From Bryobacterales bacterium (GTDB lineage: Bacteria > Acidobacteriota > Terriglobia > Bryobacterales > UBA6623): DNA of 64,000 nucleotides. Shown one piece after another: positions 19,160-29,603 of this stretch; positions within the stretch are counted from its first letter, which is position 1, and every line of letters begins with the position of its first letter. A program made the position numbers and the translations under genes. The stretch covers positions 3,090,545 to 3,154,544 of the forward strand of contig OZ245359.1 of the NCBI GenBank assembly GCA_965226385.1. The letters are read 5' to 3'. Below the pieces are notes generated by a model. That model saw nothing but the letters and a program-made list of their open reading frames with translations. It made no database searches and was not told the origin of the DNA.

Positions 19160-20038
19160 ATGTGCATTGCGCTCGCCTGTAGAGTTCACATCTATAAAGC
19201 AAAACTTCTGCTCACAAGTCTGTTGATGTTTCTTGTGGCGACTCCTGCAGTATTTGGACAGGCTGCCAGTCCGATGACCCCTGATCCGGACATGCCTCTG
19301 CCAGTCCCTGCTCTCGATTCGGTCTTCACAGAAGAGTTGACATGGATTGAGATCCGTGAGGCAATGCGGGCGGGTAAGAATATCGTGATCGTCGCCAGTG
19401 GTGGGGTCGAGATGAATGGTCCTTACCTAGCTACAGGCAAGCACCAGTACATCTTGCAAGCAACTACACAATCCATCGCCCGCAAACTCGGGAATGCCTT
19501 GGTTGCTCCCATCGTGCAGTTCGTACCTGAGGGAGATATTAGTCCACCGAGTTCCCACATGCTTTACCCGGGTACGGTCTCGGTACGTGAAGAGACATTC
19601 AGGGCGCTATTGACTGACATCGCTGAGAGCTTCCGTACACATGGTTTCCAGCATATTGTCTTCCTGTCCGACAGTAATGGGAATGTCGATGGAATGACAG
19701 CAGTTGCTGAGCAACTTGCAAAAAAGTGGAAGGGTGGAAAAGCATCAATTCATTACATACCTGAGTATTACCAGAGTGGGAGTGCACGAGATCTTCTGGA
19801 GTCACTATCCATTCGCGAGATACCTGAAGGTCATCACGACAATATCCCTTCGTCGACCCAGATGATGGTGACCGACCCGGGCACAGTACGGGCAGAACAA
19901 CGCATTGCTCTCGGCAAGATGTCGATCAACGGGGTGGACATCACTCCACCAAGAGGAACAGAGATAGGCAGGAAGATCGTTGCATACCGCACAGAACAGG
20001 CAGTCATGGCAATCCGGAAAGCAACCGGGCAGAATTGA
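19160..20038 (+). CDS. Creatininase-family (amidohydrolase-like) protein, secreted, divergent
   Basis: VASGGVEMNGPYLATGKH and FLSDSNGNVDG resemble the creatininase E-x-HG-x-HLP and HGGN blocks, but with substitutions. A signal-like LLMFLVATPAVFGQA is present. The start is chosen at an internal Met and is uncertain. Confidence 0.6.
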   Translation: MCIALACRVHIYKAKLLLTSLLMFLVATPAVFGQAASPMTPDPDMPLPVPALDSVFTEELTWIEIREAMRAGKNIVIVASGGVEMNGPYLATGKHQYILQATTQSIARKLGNALVAPIVQFVPEGDISPPSSHMLYPGTVSVREETFRALLTDIAESFRTHGFQHIVFLSDSNGNVDGMTAVAEQLAKKWKGGKASIHYIPEYYQSGSARDLLESLSIREIPEGHHDNIPSSTQMMVTDPGTVRAEQRIALGKMSINGVDITPPRGTEIGRKIVAYRTEQAVMAIRKATGQN

Positions 20039-20209
20039 TACTGGCGGGTGTGATTGGAAACAATAAGCACAACTTGAACGTATTGATCTCAGGGGCATAG
20101 TTATTTTCCGGTTATGCCTCGTATTCAGGAACAGAGCCTTGTAGGATAGGACGAATTCCTGAATACACAGACCAGGACTGTGATTTCGGTACAAGAATCA
20201 CAAATTGCG

Positions 20210-21226
20210 ATGAAGGTCTCGGTTGTTATCCCGCATTTGAACCGCGCAGACCTGCTGGATAAGGTGTTGTGCAGTATCCACATGCAACAGCTTCCTGTGG
20301 GCACCCAGTGTGAAGTCATCGTTGTGGATAACGCTTCCAGGGACTCATCTGCTGAAGTGGCTCGGTTTCATGGGGCAAATTTGATTCAGTTGGAAAGCAA
20401 CCAGGGAGTCAGCCGGGCACTGAACCGCGGCATTAGTGAGTCAAGCGGAGACCTGGTTGTGATTCTGAACAATGATGTCGAGCTGACTCCGGACTGGACC
20501 AGAATAATGATGGAATCCGTGCAGAAACCGAACATCTGGTTTGCAACCGGGAAGCTGTACAACGCCTCCCGGACACATTTGCTCGATGGGGCAGGTGATG
20601 CAGTCTGCAGAGGGGGTACGGCCTGGCGTGTAGGACATGGCAAGCAGGATGGGCCTGGGTTCAACTTTGCACGAGGTACTTATTTTCCAGCGGCCACAGC
20701 TACGATATTCCGGCGTGAGTTTTTTGAGCAAGCCGGGCTGTTTGAAGAGTCCTTTTTTGCTTATTTGGAAGATGTTGATCTTGGAATCCGCGCGGCCTCA
20801 CTTGGTTTGCAGGGAGTATATGAACCGGAAGCCATTGCCTGGCACCGGGGAAGTGAAACATGGGGATACTGGAGTAATAGTACTGTTACCGCGATTACCC
20901 GTAATCAATTGCTTCTGCTGGCGAAGCACTACAGCGGGTCCATGCTGCTACGATTCTGCATTCCAATCCTGACCGCACAAAAGCTCTGGTTGATGATGGT
21001 GCTCTCTCATGGCAAGATTGCGGCCTGGTTGCACGGTATGTGGTCAGGATTACGTGAAATTCCACGTATGCGTCGCAAGGGTTCCGGGTCCCGTACTGAT
21101 CGATTGCAGAATGTGCTCATCCAAAGCGAACGTGAAATTGCCATTTATCAGGAATCTGGGGGCTGGGACAGGTACTGGAAATGGTATTTCCGACTGGCTT
21201 GGCCAAAGGTGACAAGGCCAGAATGA
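20210..21226 (+). CDS. Glycosyltransferase family 2
   Basis: MKVSVVIPHLNRADLL...VVDNASRD...NQGVSRALNRG...LNNDVE is a classic GT2 N-terminal domain. Confidence 0.85.
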   Translation: MKVSVVIPHLNRADLLDKVLCSIHMQQLPVGTQCEVIVVDNASRDSSAEVARFHGANLIQLESNQGVSRALNRGISESSGDLVVILNNDVELTPDWTRIMMESVQKPNIWFATGKLYNASRTHLLDGAGDAVCRGGTAWRVGHGKQDGPGFNFARGTYFPAATATIFRREFFEQAGLFEESFFAYLEDVDLGIRAASLGLQGVYEPEAIAWHRGSETWGYWSNSTVTAITRNQLLLLAKHYSGSMLLRFCIPILTAQKLWLMMVLSHGKIAAWLHGMWSGLREIPRMRRKGSGSRTDRLQNVLIQSEREIAIYQESGGWDRYWKWYFRLAWPKVTRPE

Positions 21227-22182
21227 ATAGCCCGGTTGCAGCAATCATCGTGGCTTATCATTCGCAAGAGGTATTGCCTGCCTGCCTGGAAGCGTTGCAG
21301 GGCAAGGTTGAGCAGACCGTTGTTATCGATAACACACCCGGTCAGGCCTGTGTCCGGATGTTTGAAAACACCTATTCCTGGGTTCATTGGATTGGCAATG
21401 CCGAGAATCGAGGATTTGCAACCGCAGTCAACCAGGGCATAGCTGCGACAGATTCCAAATTCGTACTGATGCTCAACCCGGACTGCGAACTTCAGACCAG
21501 GTTGGATGCGCTCATCGATGCATGTGAAGCAGAGCAAGTCGCTGCTGCAGGCGGTTTGCTGGAGAATCAGGATGGCACTGCCCAGGCAGGCTTTACAGCA
21601 CGTTCACTGCCTACGCCCTGGATGTTGGCTTTCGAGGTGCTTGGTATCAACCGCGTCTGGAAACGCAATCCCTTGAACCGACGGTATCGACTGCTCGACA
21701 TGGACCTGACCCGGGCAAACGAGGTCGAACAGCCAGCTGGGGCATTTCTCATGTTGCGTAGGTTGGCATTGGCAGAGATTGGAGGACTGGATGAGCAATT
21801 TCATCCGGCATGGTTTGAAGATGTGGACCTTTGTCACCGACTTCGGGAGGCGGGCTATGTAATCCGGTACACGCCGGACGCAGTCGCCAGACACCTTGGA
21901 GGTCATGCGGTTCACAACCTCTCAATGCATTCACGCCTGCAAGCTTGGTATGGTGGATTATTGCATTATGCCGTGAAGCATTACGCTCTCGGTACGCATA
22001 GGTGGCTACGCTACACGGTCTTGGTTGGGTTGGTCTTGCGGAAGTTGCTTTGCTTTTTTCGAATTGGTAAACATGCAGAATCCGGTGCATACAGTAGGAT
22101 GTTTCGCCTGATCCGCAAAGGCTTTCCCGAAACACAATCTGCTCCGAACACTATCCATGAAGATGCATCCCCATTTGCATAG
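21223..22182 (+). CDS. Glycosyltransferase family 2
   Basis: VAAIIVAYHS...VVIDNTP...NRGFATAVNQG...LNPDCE...FEDVDLCHR. The ATGA overlap with the upstream GT at 21223-21226 suggests translational coupling. Confidence 0.85.
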   Translation: MNSPVAAIIVAYHSQEVLPACLEALQGKVEQTVVIDNTPGQACVRMFENTYSWVHWIGNAENRGFATAVNQGIAATDSKFVLMLNPDCELQTRLDALIDACEAEQVAAAGGLLENQDGTAQAGFTARSLPTPWMLAFEVLGINRVWKRNPLNRRYRLLDMDLTRANEVEQPAGAFLMLRRLALAEIGGLDEQFHPAWFEDVDLCHRLREAGYVIRYTPDAVARHLGGHAVHNLSMHSRLQAWYGGLLHYAVKHYALGTHRWLRYTVLVGLVLRKLLCFFRIGKHAESGAYSRMFRLIRKGFPETQSAPNTIHEDASPFA

Positions 22183-23266
22183 TTCAAAACCATCCATGTC
22201 AGGCGAACCCATCGTTTCTGTTACCGTTGTCACTTACAACAGTGGCCGATTCATCCGTCGTTGTCTTGATTCGGTTCTCGAACAGGTCTATCAACGGCTA
22301 GAAGTCATTGTCATTGACAATGACTCGACCGACGGCACTTGCGATATTCTTGAGCGTTTCGAAAATATCTGCACCATTGTTTACAACGAAGAAAACATCG
22401 GCTTTGCGGCAGCCCAGAACCAAGCCATCAACATTGCTCGTGGTGACTGGGTACTAACCCTCAACCCTGATGTGCTGTTATTGTCCAACTTCGTTTCCAG
22501 CCTTATGGGTACAGCCAAGCTCGACCCGAGAGTTGGCACTGTTTGTGGCAAATTACTGCTTGCAGATGCGAGTTTCAACCTGCAGGATTCCCAACGGCTT
22601 GATTCAATGGGCATGTTCTTTACTCCCATGCTGCGGCACAAGGATCGTGGCTGCATGGAGACGAACAACGGGCACTACCTTCAACACGAATATGTGTTTG
22701 GAGCAACTGCAGCTGCGGCTTGCTACCGGCGTGAGATGATCAATGACATCTCCATTGAGAACGAGTTCTTCGATGCGGACTTCTTTGCCTACCGGGAAGA
22801 TGCTGATGTTGCCTGGAGAGCCCAACTGCTTGGCTGGAAATGTATTTTCGATCCCAACGCTGTGGCATACCATGTACGCAAGCTGCGGCCGGGCATGCGC
22901 AACCAGCTACCACCCGAGATCAACATGCACTCGGTAAAAAACCGCTTCCTGATGCGCATCAAGAACATTACTCCAGGACTTTATCTGCGCAACTTTGTGC
23001 CGATCACGATCCGAGACCTGGGGATTCTTGCGTACTGCCTGACTGTGGAGCACACTTCACTACGGGCATTCGGTCAGCTCATACGTGATTTTCGAGGTGT
23101 CGTACGCAAACGTCGTCTGATTCAGGAACGCAAACGTGTCGACGAAGCGTATATGGCTAGTTGGTTCCGGTTCTCTCCAGTGAGCATGCCATTTGCAGTG
23201 AATGAAGCTGTAAGTCAGCAAGAGTCCGAAGCGGCCTCACAACAGGTTGACCGGCACTTGGCATGA
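22157..23266 (+). CDS. Glycosyltransferase family 2
   Basis: VSVTVVTYNSGRF...VIDNDSTDGT...NIGFAAAQNQA...LNPDV...YREDADVAWR. The true start may instead be the Met at 22196. Confidence 0.85.
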   Translation: MKMHPHLHSSKPSMSGEPIVSVTVVTYNSGRFIRRCLDSVLEQVYQRLEVIVIDNDSTDGTCDILERFENICTIVYNEENIGFAAAQNQAINIARGDWVLTLNPDVLLLSNFVSSLMGTAKLDPRVGTVCGKLLLADASFNLQDSQRLDSMGMFFTPMLRHKDRGCMETNNGHYLQHEYVFGATAAAACYRREMINDISIENEFFDADFFAYREDADVAWRAQLLGWKCIFDPNAVAYHVRKLRPGMRNQLPPEINMHSVKNRFLMRIKNITPGLYLRNFVPITIRDLGILAYCLTVEHTSLRAFGQLIRDFRGVVRKRRLIQERKRVDEAYMASWFRFSPVSMPFAVNEAVSQQESEAASQQVDRHLA

Positions 23267-24363
23267 AAATTGCCCTTTTGGGTACCCGTGGCATCCCTGC
23301 CAACTACGGTGGATTTGAGACATTCGCCGAAGAGGTTTCGGCACGACTTGTACAGCGTGGTCATGAAGTAACCGTTTATTGCCGCTCACATTACTCGCGG
23401 TCCTCAAGTGATACGTACCGTGGGGTGGGAAGAGTGGTTCTGCCAACAATCCACACCAAATATCTCGATACTTTCGTGCACACGTTCCTGTCGTGTCTGC
23501 ATCTGTTTTTTCACAGACAAGACGTCGTCCTGTTCTGCAACGGTGCTAATGCAATATTTACTTTCTGGCCCAGGTTGTACGATGTCCACACGGTACTTAA
23601 CCTGGATGGACTGGAGCGCCAGCGTAGGAAGTGGGGGCGTGTGGCTCGGGCGTGGTATTTGCTCTCTGAACGCTGGGCGACCTTGTTTCCGGAAGTGGTT
23701 ATCAGCGATGCCAGATTTATTGAACGCTACTACCTGGACAGGTATGGATTGCAGACACAATGTATCGGCTATGGAACCGATCACGGATCCGTGAAATCAA
23801 CACAGCAGTTGGAGCAACTCGGGCTTGAGCCTGGAAAGTACTTCTTGTATGTCAGTCGTTTTGAGCCGGAGAATAACGCTCTGCTGGTTGTACAGGAATT
23901 TGAGAAATCCGGAGTCGATCAGAAACTTGTGATGGTCGGTGATGCTCCTTATGCTGCGGAGTACATTGCACAGGTAAAAGATACAAATGACTCAAGAATC
24001 CTTTTTACAGGAGCAATTTATGGAGAGGGTTACCATGAATTGCTGTCTCATTCCCTAGCCTACATTCATGCCACAGAAGTTGGTGGAACGCATCCGGCAC
24101 TGGTGGAAGCGATGGGCCGGGGAGCAGCTGTGCTTTACCTGGATACACCGGAAAATCGTGAAGCGGCAGGAAGTGCCGGACAGTCTTACACTGCATGTGA
24201 GGATGAATTGAAGACACTGATTGAGGATATGGCATCCAGGGGCATGGGACAGCTTCAGGAGATGCGTGAGGCTTCTTCCCGGGAAGCAAGGGATCGATTT
24301 AACTGGGAAGCAGTTACTGACGATTACGAACGACTATTCATGTCATTTAACAACCACAGTTAA
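23263..24363 (+). CDS. Glycosyltransferase family 4 with DUF1972-type N-terminus
   Basis: MKIALLGTRGIPANYGGFETFAEEVSARLVQRGHEVTVYC matches the DUF1972 N-terminus. The C-terminal ATEVGGTHPALVEAMG is a GT4 E-x7-E-like block. An ATGA overlap with the upstream GT lies at 23263-23266. Confidence 0.85.
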   Translation: MKIALLGTRGIPANYGGFETFAEEVSARLVQRGHEVTVYCRSHYSRSSSDTYRGVGRVVLPTIHTKYLDTFVHTFLSCLHLFFHRQDVVLFCNGANAIFTFWPRLYDVHTVLNLDGLERQRRKWGRVARAWYLLSERWATLFPEVVISDARFIERYYLDRYGLQTQCIGYGTDHGSVKSTQQLEQLGLEPGKYFLYVSRFEPENNALLVVQEFEKSGVDQKLVMVGDAPYAAEYIAQVKDTNDSRILFTGAIYGEGYHELLSHSLAYIHATEVGGTHPALVEAMGRGAAVLYLDTPENREAAGSAGQSYTACEDELKTLIEDMASRGMGQLQEMREASSREARDRFNWEAVTDDYERLFMSFNNHS

Positions 24364-24411
24364 ACTGACAGGGAATTCCCTGGGGTCTTGACAGGAAAGT
24401 CACTGCGAATA

Positions 24412-26397
24412 ATGGATAAGGAATTCGAGAGTTATCAGTTCGATAAAGTTTATCCGAGCCCGGTTGCCGAGTTCTTTGGACCCGGCGGTGAGTTGTCAAA
24501 ACATTTCCCCGGTTGGGAGTTCAGGGAAGGACAACTCGCGATGGCTTGCGAGGTGGAAGAGGCACTTGCGGAGAACCGGAAGCTGATCATTGAGGCTGGC
24601 ACAGGAACAGGGAAGACACTGGCTTACCTGATTCCGCTGATTCTGGCAAACAAGCGTGCCGTGATTTCAACCGGTACAAAAAACCTGCAGGATCAGTTGG
24701 TCAAAAAGGATATTCCTTTGTTAGAGAAGCATCTGGGACTCGACCTGCAGGTTGCCATCATGAAAGGCAGGCAGAACTACCTGTGTCTTCACAAACTCTC
24801 AAAGTCCGACCGTAATCCGGCTCTTCTGGATCTCAAGGAGACCTCGGATATTGTACGGATCAGCGACTGGGCAGAAAGTACGCAAACCGGGGACCGTAGT
24901 GAACTGGGCTGGATGGCATCCGGCAACAAGCTCTGGCCACAGATAGATGCCCGCCGTGAGGCTTGCAATGGCAGTGAGTGTTCGCTGTACAGGGAATGTT
25001 TCATCTCCCGCATGCACCAGAAAGCACGTGAGGCCGATCTTATCATCATCAACCACCACCTGTTTTTCGCGGATCTTGCGATGGCGCAGGATGACTTTGG
25101 TTCGTTTCTGCCGAAGTATGAGACGGTCGTATTTGATGAAGCACATGAACTTGAGAGTATTGCCAGCCAATTATTTGGCATTCATCTGAGCAGTTTCGAA
25201 TTTGATGAGTTGGCTCGTAGCGTCACGGCTTCGGCGGTGCGAGGAAAGTATGGCTCCCTGGAACTGAATCGCGAACTGGTGTCGTTGAGGAAGTTGGCCA
25301 GGGCCTTTTTTGGCAAACTCGGTAAAACGGATCATCCAATTTCTATTGCAAACCCCGGCCAGTTGCGTACGCAGCATGCCCGCCCGTATGAACAGTTGCA
25401 GGTTGCAATCACCGGGTTGGTTGCCAGGCTGAAGCTTGTGGGTGATCAGGATGAAGAAATATCCCCGTTGACCCGGCGGGCAATAGACTTGCAGCGCAAA
25501 CTGGCTGTGTTCGTTGCTGATGAAGGAGTAGAACCGGTTGAGCAACTGGATGACGATCCTGGCAATTACGTGTACTGGATGGAATCCCGCAGGAATAGTG
25601 TATCTTTGCATGCTACACCGATTGATGTTTCGCAAATCCTTGAAGATGCCTTGTTTGATCAAGCTGTGAGTATCATCCTGACCTCGGCCACGCTGGCATA
25701 CAACGACAGTTTCGATTACGTACGTAGCCGGCTGGGACTTCATTCATCGAATGAACTGCAGGTTGAAGGGTGCTTCGACTATCCGAACCAGGTCCTTCTT
25801 TACATCCCGAGTGAAATGCCGGAGCTCAACTCACCTGGGTATGTCGGTTCTGCTGTGGAGCAGATTGTCCAGATTGTGCGCCACTCGAAGGGGCGGGCAT
25901 TTGTTCTGTTTACGAGCCATCAGCAGATGAAGAAAGTCCACCAGAAGGTTCAAAAGCAACTGGAGTATCCATGCCTGCTGCAGGGAGATGGATCAAACCC
26001 GGCGTTGCTTGAGGTTTTCCGAGCGACGGACAATTGTGTACTGTTTGCCACAGCCAGCTTCTGGCAAGGTGTGGATGTGCCAGGAGAGCAGCTAAGTTGT
26101 GTGATTGTCGAAAAGCTGCCGTTTGCGGTACCTTCGGATCCGGTTGTCGAGGCCCGCATTAATCAGATCAGGGAATCTGGCGGGAATGCATTTTTTGAAT
26201 ATCAGCTACCCAATGCTGTTCTGTCTCTAAGGCAGGGCTTTGGAAGGTTGATCAGGGGTGTTGCTGACCGTGGTGTGCTGGCCTTGCTGGATGTTCGTGT
26301 TCTAAAAAAGTCTTATGGTAGATATGTCCTGGACAGTTTGCCGAATTACACGATGACCCATGAGATTGACGATGTTGAGGTCTTTTTCCGTGAATGA
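24412..26397 (+). CDS. dinG: ATP-dependent DNA helicase, DinG/XPD (Rad3-related) family
   Basis: Walker A is EAGTGTGKTLAYL and the DEAH box is VVFDEAHEL. An Fe-S-type Cys set lies between the motifs (YLCLHK, CNGSECSLYRECF). C-terminal helicase motifs are also present (FATASFWQGVDVPG, RQGFGRLIR). Confidence 0.85.
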   Translation: MDKEFESYQFDKVYPSPVAEFFGPGGELSKHFPGWEFREGQLAMACEVEEALAENRKLIIEAGTGTGKTLAYLIPLILANKRAVISTGTKNLQDQLVKKDIPLLEKHLGLDLQVAIMKGRQNYLCLHKLSKSDRNPALLDLKETSDIVRISDWAESTQTGDRSELGWMASGNKLWPQIDARREACNGSECSLYRECFISRMHQKAREADLIIINHHLFFADLAMAQDDFGSFLPKYETVVFDEAHELESIASQLFGIHLSSFEFDELARSVTASAVRGKYGSLELNRELVSLRKLARAFFGKLGKTDHPISIANPGQLRTQHARPYEQLQVAITGLVARLKLVGDQDEEISPLTRRAIDLQRKLAVFVADEGVEPVEQLDDDPGNYVYWMESRRNSVSLHATPIDVSQILEDALFDQAVSIILTSATLAYNDSFDYVRSRLGLHSSNELQVEGCFDYPNQVLLYIPSEMPELNSPGYVGSAVEQIVQIVRHSKGRAFVLFTSHQQMKKVHQKVQKQLEYPCLLQGDGSNPALLEVFRATDNCVLFATASFWQGVDVPGEQLSCVIVEKLPFAVPSDPVVEARINQIRESGGNAFFEYQLPNAVLSLRQGFGRLIRGVADRGVLALLDVRVLKKSYGRYVLDSLPNYTMTHEIDDVEVFFRE

Positions 26398-26425
26398 ACC
26401 CGAGTCCTGGTCCTGCTCGTGAATC

Positions 26426-27541
26426 TCAGCCAAGCAGAATCGCCACAGCCTCGTCAGCAAAAAGCATGCCTTGCCCGGTTAGCTGAAGAGTGAGTTTTTT
26501 GGACAGTAACCAGTCACGTTCAACCAGGGATGCAACATTCGGGGCGATCCGGTTCCACTGTTCCTGAGAGAGCCTGACACCATCAGACGTACGCAACCCT
26601 GTGATCACACGATCCTCAAGCTGGCTTTTGGCATTCATCGTTTCAAAGGAATCCCTGGGAGACTCGCCACTGCTGAAGCGGGCAGTGTACTCGGGGGCAG
26701 TGGCCACGTTCGACCAACGGTTCTGGCCATCGTAGGAATGCGCATCACTGCCGAATCCAATGTAAGGCTCCATTCGCCAGTACTTGAGGTTGTGCAGGCT
26801 TCTCTTGCCGGAGCGGGCAAAGTTAGATACTTCATAACGCTCAAAGCCCAGTGATAGCAGCTGATCCAGAGCAGTCAAATAGAGTTCGAGTATTTGGTCT
26901 TCATGTGGTACGTGGTTGGCTCCATACCTGTTGCCGTCCTGGCGCAGTTCTCTTCCAAGTCGGCTGTTGTCACCGGTTTCAAGCATGTAGACAGAGACAT
27001 GGTCAATGTCCAGTCTCTCGATCCACTGCAGTGACTGCTGCCAGGTATCGGGAGTCTGGTATGCAAGGCCAGCAATCAAGTCGACGGAGATATTGTGAAT
27101 GCCATGGGCCTTCAGGCAACTGATATCAGACTGAACAGTTTGCGCATTATGCTTGCGCCCGGCAGCTGAAGCGACTGCAGGTACGAATGACTGTACACCG
27201 AAGCTGACTCGATTGAGCCCCAGAGCTACCCAGGCTTTTACTCGTTCAGGGGTTGTCTCTCCGGGAGCAACCTCGATGGTGCCTTCTTTCCAGTCCACAG
27301 ATGGAATGGATCTGTTAAGAGCCGAAAACTCTTCTGGAGCAAGCAGACTAGGGCTACCGCCACCCAAATAAAGTGTTTCGAATTCTGTTTGTACTCCGTG
27401 TTGGCTGATCTCGTGGGAAAGGCCCTGCATGTAGGAATCACGCAACGTCTGGGCGTACACGTCCGATCTGAAATTGCAGTATGTGCACTTTTGTGCACAG
27501 AACGGGATGGAAATATAGATACCTGACACGGCTTTGGCCAC
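26426..27541 (-). CDS. hemW: Radical SAM heme chaperone HemW / oxygen-independent coproporphyrinogen oxidase-like
   Basis: IYISIPFCAQKCTYCNF (CxxxCxxC radical SAM motif), followed by a HemN_C-like tail. GTG start. Confidence 0.85.
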   Translation of the reverse strand: MAKAVSGIYISIPFCAQKCTYCNFRSDVYAQTLRDSYMQGLSHEISQHGVQTEFETLYLGGGSPSLLAPEEFSALNRSIPSVDWKEGTIEVAPGETTPERVKAWVALGLNRVSFGVQSFVPAVASAAGRKHNAQTVQSDISCLKAHGIHNISVDLIAGLAYQTPDTWQQSLQWIERLDIDHVSVYMLETGDNSRLGRELRQDGNRYGANHVPHEDQILELYLTALDQLLSLGFERYEVSNFARSGKRSLHNLKYWRMEPYIGFGSDAHSYDGQNRWSNVATAPEYTARFSSGESPRDSFETMNAKSQLEDRVITGLRTSDGVRLSQEQWNRIAPNVASLVERDWLLSKKLTLQLTGQGMLFADEAVAILLG

Positions 27542-27565
27542 ATCCAGCAGTAAATGAAATCGGGA

Positions 27566-27853
27566 TTATTCCCGGGAGTTCTTCTTGTCGGGTTTCTTTT
27601 CTACGTGGATTTCCTTTCTAACACGGTCTGTGAAATCAACAGCCCGTGCTTTGAGTTTCTCCCTGGCAGCCTCGACTTCAGGTTTTGCCTTCTCCCAGGC
27701 GGCTTCAACTTCCGGCTTGGCCTGTTCCCAGGCTGATTTTGCTCTTGGCTTTACCTCTTCCTCAAATACTCTTTTTGCTGTCTCGCGGACCCGTGGATCC
27801 TGAGCGACTTTTCGCACAGCTTGGCGGATCAGGTTACGCAAGAAAAAAGCCAT
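27566..27853 (-). CDS. Small basic/acidic helical hypothetical protein
   Basis: 95 aa with an internal duplicated unit, AKPEVEAAWEKAKPEVEAAREK. No known motif. Confidence 0.35.
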   Translation of the reverse strand: MAFFLRNLIRQAVRKVAQDPRVRETAKRVFEEEVKPRAKSAWEQAKPEVEAAWEKAKPEVEAAREKLKARAVDFTDRVRKEIHVEKKPDKKNSRE

Positions 27854-27895
27854 CGTTGAAGGTATCCTACCAGCAATGGCTGACCTGGCAAGACA

Positions 27896-28480
27896 TCAGT
27901 GGTTTTGAACCTTTTGGAGAAACAACTTGTGCAGACGGCGGTCAGTTGTCAATTCCGCATGAAATGTAGCTGCAAGATGTAGTCCCTGTTCGACCAGGAT
28001 CGGGTGTTCATCGTCTCTGAGCAGTACATTGACATCGACTCCGACCTGTCGAATGATTGGGGCGCGAATAAAAACAGCCTCCAGTGATCCTGGCTTGGTG
28101 CGTTCGATGAAGGCAGGCTCAGGGTTGATTTTGCGGATAGAACTGTCTACCTGGCGGCCGTAGGCATTGCGTTCAATAGTCATTTCAATTGCCGACAGTG
28201 AAGGCTGTGGAGGGTTCAGGACCTCACTGGCTAACAGGATGGCTCCTGCACAGGTACCCAGGATTGGTTTAGTGGCTGCAAAATCCAGGAGGGCTTTCCA
28301 GAGCTTTTCCCGGTCTAGCAGGATGAGATTGGCGGTGCTTTCACCACCTGGCAGGATCAGTCCTTCGAGGTCCTTGAACTGGTGGGCATAGCGTACCTCG
28401 ACAACAGTGGTCTTGAAATCTTCAAGCCGTTTTTTATGGGCATGAAAATCGCCTTGCAGGGCTAGCACACCGATTTTCAT
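27896..28480 (-). CDS. pdxT: Pyridoxal 5'-phosphate synthase glutaminase subunit PdxT
   Basis: MKIGVLALQGDF..H, LILPGGESTA and GTCAG (catalytic Cys) are all present. It lies immediately downstream of pdxS. Confidence 0.9.
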   Translation of the reverse strand: MKIGVLALQGDFHAHKKRLEDFKTTVVEVRYAHQFKDLEGLILPGGESTANLILLDREKLWKALLDFAATKPILGTCAGAILLASEVLNPPQPSLSAIEMTIERNAYGRQVDSSIRKINPEPAFIERTKPGSLEAVFIRAPIIRQVGVDVNVLLRDDEHPILVEQGLHLAATFHAELTTDRRLHKLFLQKVQNH

Positions 28481-28537
28481 GCGGTATTTTTCTGGAGAGT
28501 TCTGGTTTGCTGTACAGCAGAAGACGAGGAAATGAGC

Positions 28538-29419
28538 TTACCAGCCCCGGGTCTGCAGCAACTCACTCTCGTCAAGTTTGGAAATGTCCAGGCCAGTCAT
28601 GGGCTCGTCCAAGTCTTCGCAGGCCTCGAGTAATTTCTCGGGGTCGCTAAAAAATGTGGTGGCCTTCACGATAGCAGCTGCCCGGTTGGCGGGATCGTCT
28701 GACTTGAAGATTCCTGAGCCAACGAACACTGCTTCGGCACCAAGGCTCATGACCAGGGCAGCATCGGCCGGGGTAGCAATCCCACCGGCGGAGAAGTTCG
28801 GTACGGGCAGTCGGCCCTTGCGGGCAACCTTTTCAATCAGTTCAAGCGGGGACTGCAGTTCCTTGGCAGCGCCTGGAAGCTCATCATGATTCATTACTGT
28901 CAGTTGCTTGATCTGCTTGCTGATGGTGCGCATGTGGCGAACTGCTTCTACAATATTTCCAGAGCCTGCCTCGCCCTTGGTGCGAATCATTGCTGCACCT
29001 TCGCTGATGCGACGCAATGCCTCACCCAGGTTGCGTGCACCACAGACAAAAGGTGCGTTGAAAGCGTGCTTGTTGATGTGGTGTTCTTCATCAGCCGGTG
29101 TGAGGACTTCACTTTCGTCGATGTAGTCAACTTTGAGCGCTTGCAGTACCATGGCTTCTGCAAAATGACCGATACGCGCCTTGGCCATCACCGGGATGGA
29201 CACGGCAGCCATGATTTCGCGCATTTTTCGCACGTTGGCCATACGTGCAACACCACCGTCCCTTCGGATATCTGCGGGTACGCGTTCCAGTGCCATCACT
29301 GCAGCCGCTCCTGCGGACTGTGCAATGAGAGCTTGTGTAGCGTCAGTGACATCCATGATGACGCCACCCTTCAACTGTTCAGCCAGCCCGACCTTTAACC
29401 GGAACTCTTTTGTAAACAC
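28538..29419 (-). CDS. pdxS: Pyridoxal 5'-phosphate synthase lyase subunit PdxS
   Basis: [32 protein letters not shown] and [15 protein letters not shown] are hallmark PdxS blocks. Confidence 0.95.
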   Translation of the reverse strand: MFTKEFRLKVGLAEQLKGGVIMDVTDATQALIAQSAGAAAVMALERVPADIRRDGGVARMANVRKMREIMAAVSIPVMAKARIGHFAEAMVLQALKVDYIDESEVLTPADEEHHINKHAFNAPFVCGARNLGEALRRISEGAAMIRTKGEAGSGNIVEAVRHMRTISKQIKQLTVMNHDELPGAAKELQSPLELIEKVARKGRLPVPNFSAGGIATPADAALVMSLGAEAVFVGSGIFKSDDPANRAAAIVKATTFFSDPEKLLEACEDLDEPMTGLDISKLDESELLQTRGW

Positions 29420-29603
29420 AATAATTTCCGCCTTTTGAGGGCTTTCACCCCTACATCGCCCTACTCAGAAAATAGCAAGGCTTCTAATCTCTCATCCTAA
29501 CCTTGAGTGCTCAATGCTTCAAGTGTGCTTCAAGCGAAAAGATGGGAAGTGAATCATCCGCAGGGATAGTCTTTGAGGCTGACAGTAGTATCCTCATGAA
29601 TCT

